From the NCBI GenBank assembly GCA_022360905.1, contig JAKSBX010000065.1, forward strand, positions 24,148 through 88,147: a DNA stretch of 64,000 nucleotides. Direction: 5' to 3'. Below are positions 29,898-39,600 of the stretch, in pieces. The translations under genes and the position numbers were made by a program. A model generated the notes under the pieces. The model saw only the letters and a list, made by a program, of their open reading frames with translations. It was not told the DNA's origin and made no database searches. Numbering within the stretch: position 1 is the stretch's first letter; every line of letters begins with the position of its first letter. Origin of the DNA: Chromatiales bacterium (GTDB lineage: Bacteria > Pseudomonadota > Gammaproteobacteria > Chromatiales > Chromatiaceae).

Positions 29898-31223
29898 ATG
29901 AAACTATTTAGTAAGCAAGCCCTTGCCGGGGCGATCGCCCTGGCACTGTTGGGCATCTCTGGCCAGGCTAGTGCCATTGTCAATGTACAGTGTCCTGGAG
30001 ATAACAACGGTGATGCAGACTGGAATGATGCTGGCGAATCCCAACCAGCGAATACCAAGTGTATACATCTGATTGCAGGCGACAGTTTTGCAAAAATGTC
30101 GGACGGCAACCCCTTGTACACCTTCGGTTTCGGTGATCAGACAGGGACACCCCCCGATCAGGTTATTGGCGAAGGTATCCTCAGTGCCGAGTGGCCAGGA
30201 CCAACCATCGAGTTGGATGAGGGAGATCAGTTCTATCTCAACCTGACCAACGTGGGTACGGTGATTCGGCCCGATCTGTTCGATCCGCACACCGTCCACT
30301 TTCATGGTTTTCCGAATGCGTCTGCAGCATTTGACGGTGTACCCGAGGTCTCGATCAGTATCAACATGGGATCGACACTGACCTACTACTACAACATTGT
30401 CGAGCCTGGCACCTACCTCTATCACTGTCACGTGGAGGCCACCGAGCATATGGAGATGGGCATGTTGGCCAACCTGTTTGTGCATCCGATACAGGACGAA
30501 CTGGGTTGCTTCGATATCGGCGCCGACAACCCTGGCACTGCGGACTACGATCCTGAAAGAGTACCAAATGGCAATTGTGCACCTGCGGTAGGTGATGCGG
30601 GTTACGTTTACAATGACGGTGATGGCACCACGGCATTTGATGTGGAGAAGGCGATCCAGCTTTCAAGCTTTGATCAGGTGTTCCACGATGCCAGCCTGTT
30701 TGTCCAGCCTCTGCCATTTGCTCTACTGGAAGGCAACTATCCACAGCTTAATGGCCGCGGTTATCCCGACACTGTCAATCCAAATGCACTTCCTGCTCCT
30801 GTAGATTCAGTGGATCCAATCACTGGCGGTACCGAGGGTAAGGTCACCGGTACGGTAGGAGAAGAGTTGACTGATGGTGCCATTACTCAGTTTCTGGGTT
30901 CCGATATCAGTGTCAATCAGGGTGAAAAGCTGCTACTGCGTCTCTCCAACGTGGGTCTGGATCGTTTCTGGACCATTACCGCGATGGGCCTGACCATGAA
31001 AGTGGTAGGCACAGGTGCGAAGCACATGCGGGGAACCGACGGCAAGAATATCTATCGTGAGGTTGCCTCCTATAACTTCGGTGGTGGTGAAACAGTCGAT
31101 CTGATCATCGATACCACTGGAGTTGCCCCCGGCACCTACTTCCTCCACGCAACTGAAGTCCATCAGATGAGTAATGCGACCCAGATGGATGGTGGCATGA
31201 TCACTGAGATCGTTGTCAACTGA
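29898..31223 (+). CDS. Two-domain multicopper oxidase subunit A (type 1 Cu site and half trinuclear ligands in domain 1; domain 2 degenerate)
   Basis: HTVHFHG (30288-30308) and YHCHVEATEHMEMGM (HCH at 30423). GAGGAG SD and a signal peptide support the start at 29898; the track ORF starts at 29757. Confidence 0.88.
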   Translation: MKLFSKQALAGAIALALLGISGQASAIVNVQCPGDNNGDADWNDAGESQPANTKCIHLIAGDSFAKMSDGNPLYTFGFGDQTGTPPDQVIGEGILSAEWPGPTIELDEGDQFYLNLTNVGTVIRPDLFDPHTVHFHGFPNASAAFDGVPEVSISINMGSTLTYYYNIVEPGTYLYHCHVEATEHMEMGMLANLFVHPIQDELGCFDIGADNPGTADYDPERVPNGNCAPAVGDAGYVYNDGDGTTAFDVEKAIQLSSFDQVFHDASLFVQPLPFALLEGNYPQLNGRGYPDTVNPNALPAPVDSVDPITGGTEGKVTGTVGEELTDGAITQFLGSDISVNQGEKLLLRLSNVGLDRFWTITAMGLTMKVVGTGAKHMRGTDGKNIYREVASYNFGGGETVDLIIDTTGVAPGTYFLHATEVHQMSNATQMDGGMITEIVVN

Positions 31224-31241
31224 GCCTGGCCGAACTAGGAG

Positions 31242-32681
31242 ATGAGATTAATGAAACAACTACTCAAACAACCTGGACGGCTTTTGGGCCTCCTGTTTTT
31301 GGGCATGAGCAGTGCGCTGACTGTGCAGCAGGCACAGGCAGAGCACGATATCCGAGGTATCTCACAGGGTGCCAATGGTGTTTTCAACCTCTATGCCTAC
31401 CCATTCAATATGAACCTGCCCGAGGGTACCAGTCTCTACATGTGGGGCTTCGGTGATCTGGATCTGGGTGAAGGCGCTTCCCATGATGCGGGTGCCAACT
31501 ACCAGTTGCCACAGTACCCCGCGCCGACACTGATCGTTACCGAGGGCGAGGCGGTCACCATCAACCTGGTGAACTATGGTGTGCCGGACAATATCTCCAT
31601 TGAGATGACCGGTCACGAGATCGATTCTCAATGTATCGATATTCCTGCACCAGGTGGTCCGACTCCGACTACCGGTGCGACAAACTGTACAGCCGGGCTG
31701 TTTACCAACGAAGCTGCTGTTGGCCAGGCCGTCAGTTATACCTTCACAGCGGGTTCCCCCGGCACCTATGTCTACCACAGTCTGGCAGGCGCGAACCCCG
31801 GGCTGCATACCGAGATGGGTCTGGTAGGGGTTATGGTTGTCAGGCCTGCTGATTTCGATCCAATCACAAACCGGACGGCCTACGGTGCCGGTACAGGAAC
31901 CGATTACGATCATGAGAATCTCTACCTGATGACCGAGGTGGATCCTGACATCCATATCCAGATGGAGAAGGGACACTACAACCACTTCACCAACACCGAT
32001 CGCTATGCCAAGGTTTGGTTCATCAACGGCCGGGTCTTCCCGGATCTGTTCCAGGGTGACTACAACACCCTGTTTCCCAACCAGCCTTATGAAGCCCTGG
32101 TCATGTCGCGTCCCGGTGATGTGGTCCTGGTACGCAACGTCAATGCAGGGCAGGATCCTCATCCCATGCACTACCATGGTGAGAACCTGCGGTTCATCGG
32201 CCGTGACGGCAAGATGTTGAGTTCCGATGGTTTGGTTGCCAACCTGGGTCGTTCGGACAACACCACCAACTCGGCACCAAAGCAGACAATTGATGCCCTT
32301 TGGACCTGGACAGGTAAAGACCTGGGTTGGGACATTTTCGGTCACGATACCGGACACAACTGTATCGATGTCAATCCGCGTGATGGATATGCAGATGCCA
32401 ACTCCGACTACCCCGGTGAGTGGTGTAATGACCACAACAAGCCAATTCCTGTCTCACTGCCTGGTGTGGGTGATCTGACCCTGGGTGGCTGGTGGAGCGG
32501 TAGCCCCTTCCTCGGGGACACCGGCGATCTGCCTCCTGGTGAGGGTGGTCTGAATCCGTTTGGTGGCTACTTCCTGGTGTGGCACTCCCATGCTGAAAAA
32601 GAGCTGACCACCTTTGACATCTTCCCTGGCGGAAGCCTGGGCTCAGTCGTTGTGCTGCCTCCTGGTACACCAATCAATTAA
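31242..32681 (+). CDS. Two-domain multicopper oxidase subunit B (trinuclear ligands only in domain 2; no type 1 Cys)
   Basis: Signal peptide; YPAPTLIVTEG and GTYVYHS in domain 1; HPMHYHG (32160) and WHSH (HSH at 32583) in domain 2. Confidence 0.88.
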   Translation: MRLMKQLLKQPGRLLGLLFLGMSSALTVQQAQAEHDIRGISQGANGVFNLYAYPFNMNLPEGTSLYMWGFGDLDLGEGASHDAGANYQLPQYPAPTLIVTEGEAVTINLVNYGVPDNISIEMTGHEIDSQCIDIPAPGGPTPTTGATNCTAGLFTNEAAVGQAVSYTFTAGSPGTYVYHSLAGANPGLHTEMGLVGVMVVRPADFDPITNRTAYGAGTGTDYDHENLYLMTEVDPDIHIQMEKGHYNHFTNTDRYAKVWFINGRVFPDLFQGDYNTLFPNQPYEALVMSRPGDVVLVRNVNAGQDPHPMHYHGENLRFIGRDGKMLSSDGLVANLGRSDNTTNSAPKQTIDALWTWTGKDLGWDIFGHDTGHNCIDVNPRDGYADANSDYPGEWCNDHNKPIPVSLPGVGDLTLGGWWSGSPFLGDTGDLPPGEGGLNPFGGYFLVWHSHAEKELTTFDIFPGGSLGSVVVLPPGTPIN

Positions 32682-32697
32682 TCGGGAGGGCACAAAC

Positions 32698-35600
32698 ATG
32701 AAAAGGTCTACTACCATGAAGCAAACACTGAAACCCATCGTAGTCGCCTGTGCCTTGGCTTTAGGTGCCGGACAGGCGAATGCATTGGATGTCTATCTCA
32801 TTGCTAAAGAGTTCACCCAGGACCTGCCCGGGGTTGCAGCAGTGGATGATCCCACCATGTGGGGTTATGCTCTGGATCCTGCAGGTGCCTGTTATAATGG
32901 TGGCGCCCCCGATGTGCTCGGTGCGGCCTGTACCGGTCCGGTGGCGAGTGCACCCGGTCCACGGATTGCCATCGATCCGGCAGATCCTGTCTTGAATATC
33001 TACCTGACCAACATGCTCACTGAAGAGACATCCATTGTGGTGCCCGGTCAGCCACTGCCTCATGCGGGCGGTGCGATGGGGCCCACCTGGAATGACGGCA
33101 GTGTCAGTAGCAGCCGCGGCGGCAACCTCGCTCTGAAGATGCGTTCTTACGGTCTGGAAGCGGCAGCCAACGGCGGCACACAGGTCTACACCTGGGATGC
33201 AGCCAACCCAATCGACAATAGCGGTTCGTTCATCTATCACACCGGCACCATGCCTCAGAAGCAGCTCTATATGGGCCTGTATGGTGCTGCCACCAAAGAT
33301 GCTGCTGTCGGCAATGTACTTTATGATCTGGATGGTACGGTAGGAAATGCAGATGATGTGACCTACGCCAACGAACTGATCCTTTTCTACAGTGACATCG
33401 ATACTCACTTCAATGAAGAAGTGGTAGCTGGAACTCTGCAGACTGCGATCGAGCGCCATCCTCAATGGTATATGATCAATGGTCAGCCTTATCAGGCAGG
33501 ATTTCCAGACATCCAAACAGGTGAGGGTGGTCTGCCGTTGACAACTTCCGGGCCAACCCTGCTGCGCTTCATCAGTGCGGCAACTGAAAAGCATGTGCCT
33601 GTTCTGCAGGGCCTCTACGGTACCATTCATGCTGAGGACGGAATCCAGTATACCTACGAGGATGATACCGGCGTCCATGCCGCACCGGTTGAGCAGTATT
33701 CTGTCGGCCTGCCTCCACTGAAAACCAGGGATGTCATCATTCAGCCCACCTTCAGTGGTCGGTATGCGATCTATGACGGCAACGGCAACATGACCAACCC
33801 GAGTGATCCTGAAGACTTCAATCAGGGCGATGAGATCGGTGGCATGCTGCGGTTCCTTGGCTTCAATGTCGGTGCCAACCAACCACCGATTGCCAATGCG
33901 GATCCAATCACCATCCAGATTCCTGAAGATCTGGGGGCCGCAACTACCTCATATCAGGTCACGGAAAACATTGATGTGTTGGCTAATGATATGGACCCGG
34001 ACGGTGATACCATCACACTGGGCACTCTCATCGGATTGCCGGATACCGGATCCATACCTGGTTTGACGTTGCAATTTCAATGTATAACAGGAACCAGTTG
34101 TGATCTATCTCTTGATTCGGCCGTTCCACCCAGTGTGGTTGGTGGAGAAACAGCTCAGTTCCAATATGAGATCACCACAGCGGCTAATCCTACGCCTGTT
34201 CAAGGTAGTGTGGATCTTACGGTTGAGGTTAATGCGGCACCTGTCCTGGCTACCGCACCACAGATCGTAATTACCACAGACGATCTGGTTGCTGATGTGG
34301 CTACCATCAATCTGGCGGATCTGGTGGCGGATGCAACCGATGCGACCGCCGGTGATACGGTAAGCGTATCGGATACGCCTCCCGTTGCCATCGCAGCCGT
34401 GCCTGCAACCACCGCAACGCTGGTGGGTTGTGACTACGTGGCAGGTACCTGCAGCATCAGCTTTGCAAGTACATCGGCACCAGCCCAGTTGAACCTGGAT
34501 TTCGCCATGACCGACGGTCTGAACCTGGTTGAGGGTCAGTCAGCGACTGTCTCCCTGGCCTTCCCTGGACCAACGCTGTTTGATGATACAACCACGCTGG
34601 ATCAGGTTGGCGCGCTGGATCTCGACGTGAACGATGTCAACCTGCCGGCCAGTTACGGTCTGGCTTTGGCCACACCTCCGTCAGCCGGTACTGCGACTGT
34701 GGAAGACGACGGTACGATTACCTATACCACAACCGCAGCGCCGTTTACCGGTGATAGCTTCACCTACTGTCTGACCAGTGCACCAGGGGATGATGTCTGT
34801 CTGGCAACTCCGCCTGCAGCAACGGTTACCATCGATCCTGCTCCGGCATCCGGATTGATCGCAGTCGGTGGCAAGACCTATACCGCTGATGAGGATTCGA
34901 TCCTTGACGTACTCGCAGCTAACGGTCTGTTGATAGGTGAATCAGCCATCAATGGCGGTACTCTGGCAGTAGTCGTGGATAGTGCACCGACCTGTGCCAA
35001 CACCGCAGCCGGTAGCTTCACCTACGATGGTGCGACTGGTTCCTTCCACTATGAACCTCTGCTGGATTGGAACAGCGTCAATCCTCCGGTGGATGACGGA
35101 GATGCCTGTACCTTGAATGACACCGCAGGTGCCAGAGGTGCCGACACGATCGTCTACCATCTGGAAGAGACCTACGATGATGGCGGTACTTTGGTAACCA
35201 TCAGTAGTAACACAGTGACGGCAGAGATTACTGTCAATCCGGTCAACGATGCACCGGTAGCTGTGAACGATACGTTCTATGTCCAGGATGCCTCTACAGC
35301 TGTAACGGATGGACAAGGTGAGCCAATATCTATGACCTTCAGTGTTGCACCAGCTGGGGTTCTCGGGAACGATACCGATCTTGAGAATGACAGCCTGCTG
35401 GCGACCGAAGTGAATGATCCTGGCAACCTGCCTCCTGCACTGGGGATCGATGGTTCCATACCAAGCTTTGCTATCAATCCCACGGCGGTCGGTGTTCTGA
35501 ACACTATCGAGTATCAGGCAAGCGATCTCGTTGCTCAGAGCAATACCGCTACTGCAGACATCGTGCGTCAGGTCTCGGTTACCCGGGCCTCCTATCTGCA

Positions 35601-35955
35601 GCGTGGCACTGCCGGTACTGGCAATGACAGATGGCGCATCAGAGGTCTGGTTGATACGACCATCCCAACCACAGGTACTGCACAAGGCGTACGGGTTTAC
35701 CTGGTACGGGTCGATATCAACGGGACACCATCGCCACGGGTTGAGATCGTTCCCACAGCGACTGGCAATAACAACGGTCGTATCCGGTCTGTCGGTGGAC
35801 AACATGTCTGGGGTATCAACGTCAACGGTGTTGGTAACAATCGACCTGAAGTTGAATTGCCAGATGGCAATGACTATCTGGAAATTGAGGTGGTTGATTT
35901 AGTCACCTACCCCGAGGCTGTCTACAACAACGTACCACTTGATATCGAGCCATAG
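32698..35955 (+). CDS. MCO-like subunit C: two nearly ligand-less cupredoxin domains plus cadherin-like/Ig (Big_9/VCBS-type) repeats
   Basis: APGPRI, GSFIYHTG, MINGQPY cupredoxin scaffold motifs, then NQPPIANAD, NAAPVLA and VNDAPVAVNDTF Ig repeats. GGGAGGG SD precedes ATG 32698. Confidence 0.8.
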   Translation: MKRSTTMKQTLKPIVVACALALGAGQANALDVYLIAKEFTQDLPGVAAVDDPTMWGYALDPAGACYNGGAPDVLGAACTGPVASAPGPRIAIDPADPVLNIYLTNMLTEETSIVVPGQPLPHAGGAMGPTWNDGSVSSSRGGNLALKMRSYGLEAAANGGTQVYTWDAANPIDNSGSFIYHTGTMPQKQLYMGLYGAATKDAAVGNVLYDLDGTVGNADDVTYANELILFYSDIDTHFNEEVVAGTLQTAIERHPQWYMINGQPYQAGFPDIQTGEGGLPLTTSGPTLLRFISAATEKHVPVLQGLYGTIHAEDGIQYTYEDDTGVHAAPVEQYSVGLPPLKTRDVIIQPTFSGRYAIYDGNGNMTNPSDPEDFNQGDEIGGMLRFLGFNVGANQPPIANADPITIQIPEDLGAATTSYQVTENIDVLANDMDPDGDTITLGTLIGLPDTGSIPGLTLQFQCITGTSCDLSLDSAVPPSVVGGETAQFQYEITTAANPTPVQGSVDLTVEVNAAPVLATAPQIVITTDDLVADVATINLADLVADATDATAGDTVSVSDTPPVAIAAVPATTATLVGCDYVAGTCSISFASTSAPAQLNLDFAMTDGLNLVEGQSATVSLAFPGPTLFDDTTTLDQVGALDLDVNDVNLPASYGLALATPPSAGTATVEDDGTITYTTTAAPFTGDSFTYCLTSAPGDDVCLATPPAATVTIDPAPASGLIAVGGKTYTADEDSILDVLAANGLLIGESAINGGTLAVVVDSAPTCANTAAGSFTYDGATGSFHYEPLLDWNSVNPPVDDGDACTLNDTAGARGADTIVYHLEETYDDGGTLVTISSNTVTAEITVNPVNDAPVAVNDTFYVQDASTAVTDGQGEPISMTFSVAPAGVLGNDTDLENDSLLATEVNDPGNLPPALGIDGSIPSFAINPTAVGVLNTIEYQASDLVAQSNTATADIVRQVSVTRASYLQRGTAGTGNDRWRIRGLVDTTIPTTGTAQGVRVYLVRVDINGTPSPRVEIVPTATGNNNGRIRSVGGQHVWGINVNGVGNNRPEVELPDGNDYLEIEVVDLVTYPEAVYNNVPLDIEP

Positions 35956-35976
35956 TTAGTATCATGGCGTGAGGCA

Positions 35977-36009
35977 CCGCCCCCTGTATTTCAGGGGGCG
36001 GATTTTTGT
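35977..36009 (+). terminator. Rho-independent terminator after the giant protein/MCO-ABC genes
   Basis: Perfect 10-bp stem CCGCCCCCTG-tattt-CAGGGGGCGG followed by ATTTTTGTT. Confidence 0.8.
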
Positions 36010-36049
36010 TAAGATCAATCGTCAAACGACACTATTCCTGGGTAGTAAC

Positions 36050-36643
36050 ATGAAAAGTTCACTCTTTTCCAACAAGACGCCTGAGGATGAGAAGGAGAGG
36101 CATCCCGGAGGCAATCCTCTGCTTGTAATCCTGGTCCTGGTGATCTGCACCATGGCCTTTGTTGCATTCACCGCATCCGTTGCCAAGGCAGATAGCAAAG
36201 CTCCGGTACAGACATTAGAAAAGGCGGCCCCCAAGCCCTGGCAACCTCCTGTCGCCAAAGCAACCGTTCCCACCCCCCCTGTGGATCAGAAAACCGCCAA
36301 GCAAATCGCTGAAAAATGGGGGGTTGAGCTACTGAGTCTGCGCCTTACCGCAGCTGGCTATATGATCGATTTCAGATTTCGGGTGCTCGATATCGAGAAG
36401 GCCAAGATCTTTTTCGATCATCGTATCAAACCACACCTCAAGGTTGAGAAATCTAATGCTAAACTACCTATACCCATGGCAGCCAAGGTAGGTGCATTCA
36501 GAGCGACCAACCGGGGTAAGAATATTAAGTCCAATAAGACCTACTATATGGTATTCGGCAATCCTGATGCCCATGTGAAATCAGGAGAAAAGGTTACAAT
36601 GGTGATTGGCGACTTCAAAGCTGAAAATTTAACAGTCAACTGA
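36050..36643 (+). CDS. Hypothetical membrane-anchored periplasmic protein
   Basis: Single N-terminal TM (LLVILVLVICTMAFVAF) and a compact domain with LRLTAAGYMIDFRFRVLD and YYMVFGNP. ATG 36050 is preferred over the track start at 35969. Confidence 0.7.
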   Translation: MKSSLFSNKTPEDEKERHPGGNPLLVILVLVICTMAFVAFTASVAKADSKAPVQTLEKAAPKPWQPPVAKATVPTPPVDQKTAKQIAEKWGVELLSLRLTAAGYMIDFRFRVLDIEKAKIFFDHRIKPHLKVEKSNAKLPIPMAAKVGAFRATNRGKNIKSNKTYYMVFGNPDAHVKSGEKVTMVIGDFKAENLTVN

Positions 36644-36665
36644 TCCGTTGACTCGAGAAGGAAAT

Positions 36666-39600
36666 ATGCAATATAGAAATCATCTGCTTGGTTTTCTAAC
36701 AATACTCGGACTGGCCTCTTCATTTGAATCCCATGCGGTAGTGACCGTCTATTGCTGCGATGCAACAGCCGAGGCTCAATTTATCCAGGATCTTTCGAAT
36801 CTACCATCTATCTCGACAGACATCACTAAAGAGAGCTTTGAAGGCAGCGACTGGGACGGCACTCGCACTACCGGTGTTCAGAGTGTGACTTCCCAAGGCA
36901 TTACCTGGGCGGGCAGTTCCACGGAATCCTCTTTTGTACGTACTTCCACCAGTGGTGGTGACGTGCATGAAGGCAGCTATCTGATGTTCCCAGTGGACAA
37001 CAGAAACGATCACCTGATACCCGATAAATACACGCTGACCGCCAGTGGTACCACGCTGTATGGTGTTGGCGGCTGGTTCCGCAGTAGTACCGGGGCAAAG
37101 ATCGGTTTTACCACCAACGGCTCGGCTCCGGTCGATTTCACCGGTGCAGACGCCACAGTGTCCGACTGGACCTTTCTCGGTTTCATCGATGATGCCGGTT
37201 TTACCACGGTACTGGTAGAGGCTGTGGATGAAGGGGGAGATGAGGTCAATATCTTCTTCTCGGATGATTTCACACTGGGTGCCCAATCCGGCGCATTCCC
37301 CGGACAGAAACTGCAGTTCAGCAGCGCCACCTACAGTGTGGCTGAGAATGCCGCTACGCTTCAGATCACCGTGGAACGCACCGGTGGTACCAGTGGCACA
37401 CTCTCCGCTGACTATGCGAGCGATAGTGAAAGCGGTACAGCGAGCGCCAATCAGGACTACACGCCGGTTTCGGGAACACTCAATTTTGCTGATGGTGAGA
37501 GCAGTCAGCAGATTACCATCGATATTCTGGATGACACCGTCTTCGAGGATAGTGAGAGCTTTACGATCAATCTGAGCGGTCTCAATATCGGCGCGCAAAA
37601 CAGTGCCACGGTGACCATCACCGATAACGATGCGCCGGCGGTGGGACAGGTGCAGTTCAGCAGCAGCAACTATACCTTCAGTGAAGGAGACGGCAGCGTT
37701 ACCATCACCGTACAGCGGGATGGTGGCAGTTCCGGCAGCGGTTCTGTGGATTACGCCATGAGCGATGGGACAGCAACGGCAGGCAGCGATTACACAGCCG
37801 CCTCCGGTAGCCTGTCATTTATCGATGGTCAGATCAGCAGCAGCGTGACTCTGGACATCACAGATGATGCAACGGCTGAAGGTACAGAGACGTTGCTGAT
37901 CACCCTATCGAATCCGGTATCGGTATCGCTGGCCGCCAGGGATGTTGCAGAGGTCTCTATTACCGATAACGAGCCGGTTTCGAGCTCGGGAAGTCTGCAG
38001 TTCAGCGGTTCAAACTATACCGCCGCGGAGAGCGATACATCGATACAGGTGCCCGTGACCAGGACGAATGGGAGCAGTGGGGCCGTTTCCATCGTCTGCT
38101 CTACCAGCGATCTTACAGCCACGGCAGGGTCCGACTATACGGCTACTCAAGCAACGGTCAATTTTGCTGATGGTGAACTCACCAGCAACTGTGTGATACC
38201 TATTCTGGATGACAGCAGCTACGAAACCGATGAGACTCTGATGGTCACGCTTGCAACGCCCTCTGGTGGTGCCGTCCTTGGCACACCGGCATCAGCGGTA
38301 GTGACCCTGAGCAGCGATGACTCGATACCCGCCATGGGTAGTCTGCAGTTCAGCCTCTCGGAGTATCAATTGAATGAGGATGGCGGTACAGCCACGATTG
38401 CAGTTTCCCGCTCAGGAGGTAGCAGTGGTGCCGTCGGGGTCAGCTACGCTTCCAGCGATTCCACGGCAACGGCTGGTGAGGATTACACCGCTGCATCCGG
38501 CAGCTTGAGTTTTGCCGATGGCGTAACCAGCGGATCATTCCAGGTATCACTCCTCGATGACAGCGAATACGAGGGGGATGAGCGGGTCACGCTGACGTTG
38601 AGCAATCCAACCGGTGGCGCCGTGCTGGGGCAGACCTCTCAGGTTGATTTGGTGATCAGCGAAGACGATCTGGCACCGGCAACCGGCCTGCTGGTTTTCA
38701 GTGCCAGCGACATTGGCGCGGACGAGGCGGATGGTCTGATTGAGGTAACGGTGGAACGTCAGGGTGGCAGTAGTGGCGCTGCACAAATCAACTATGCAAC
38801 TGCAGATGGCACTGCAATTGCTGGTATCGATTACCAGGTGGCCAGTGGTACCCTTATGTTTGCCGATGGTGAGCTGTCGAAGACATTTGAAGTCACCATC
38901 ATTGATGATGGTCTATTCGAGGGCACAGAGACCATCAATCTGATTCTCTCGGATGCGGTTGGCGCATCACTGGGTGAGACCGCTACGGCAACCATCAGCG
39001 TCACGGATGATGACGAGCCGCCTGCGGCCGGTTCCCTGATCTTCTCCAATTCAGCCATCACAGCGGCTGAGGATGGTGGCGACGTCACCGTTACCGTTTC
39101 ACGCAGTGGCGGTTCAACCGGTGCCGTATCGGTTGATTACAATACGGCGGATGGCACTGCGATTGCCTCTTCAGACTATACCTACACCTCCGGCAGCATC
39201 AGTTTTGCCGATGGCGATGCAGCCGATAAGACCTTTACTGTCCCACTGTTGAACGATTCTGCCGTGGAATCCGATGAGACCATCTTGTTACAGATGAGTA
39301 ACTTTCAGGGTGGGGCGGTAGCCGGTGATCAGAGCAGCGGTCAGATTACCATCACCGATGATGATGTACTCAACGCATCTACCGTAATCGGTTTCACCAT
39401 CACCAGCCTTACTGTGAATGAATCTTCAGTCAATGCGAGCTTCACTATCGATCGTAGTGTCGTTCTGACCGGCACGGTCAGTGTCGACCTGAGTGTTGGT
39501 ACATCAACCGCTGTTGCCGGTAGCGATTTCAATGTCACCACAGGAACTCTGCAGTTTGCCAGTGGCGAGACGCAAAAGACAATCAATGTGGAGATCATTG

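Noticed and set aside
29898-31223. MCO-A as a copper nitrite reductase (NirK)
   Set aside because: It has a domain 1 T1 site, but the motif is HCH with an upstream HxxHxH typical of MCOs. I could not find the NirK catalytic Asp/His or the domain 2 type 2 His context.
24112-35805. Long antisense ORFs inside the oxidase operon (for example 24112-24957, 27472-28341, 31362-32435, 32761-33882, 34942-35805)
   Set aside because: Shadow ORFs produced by the strong codon bias of the sense genes; no motifs, and fully overlapped by well-supported genes.
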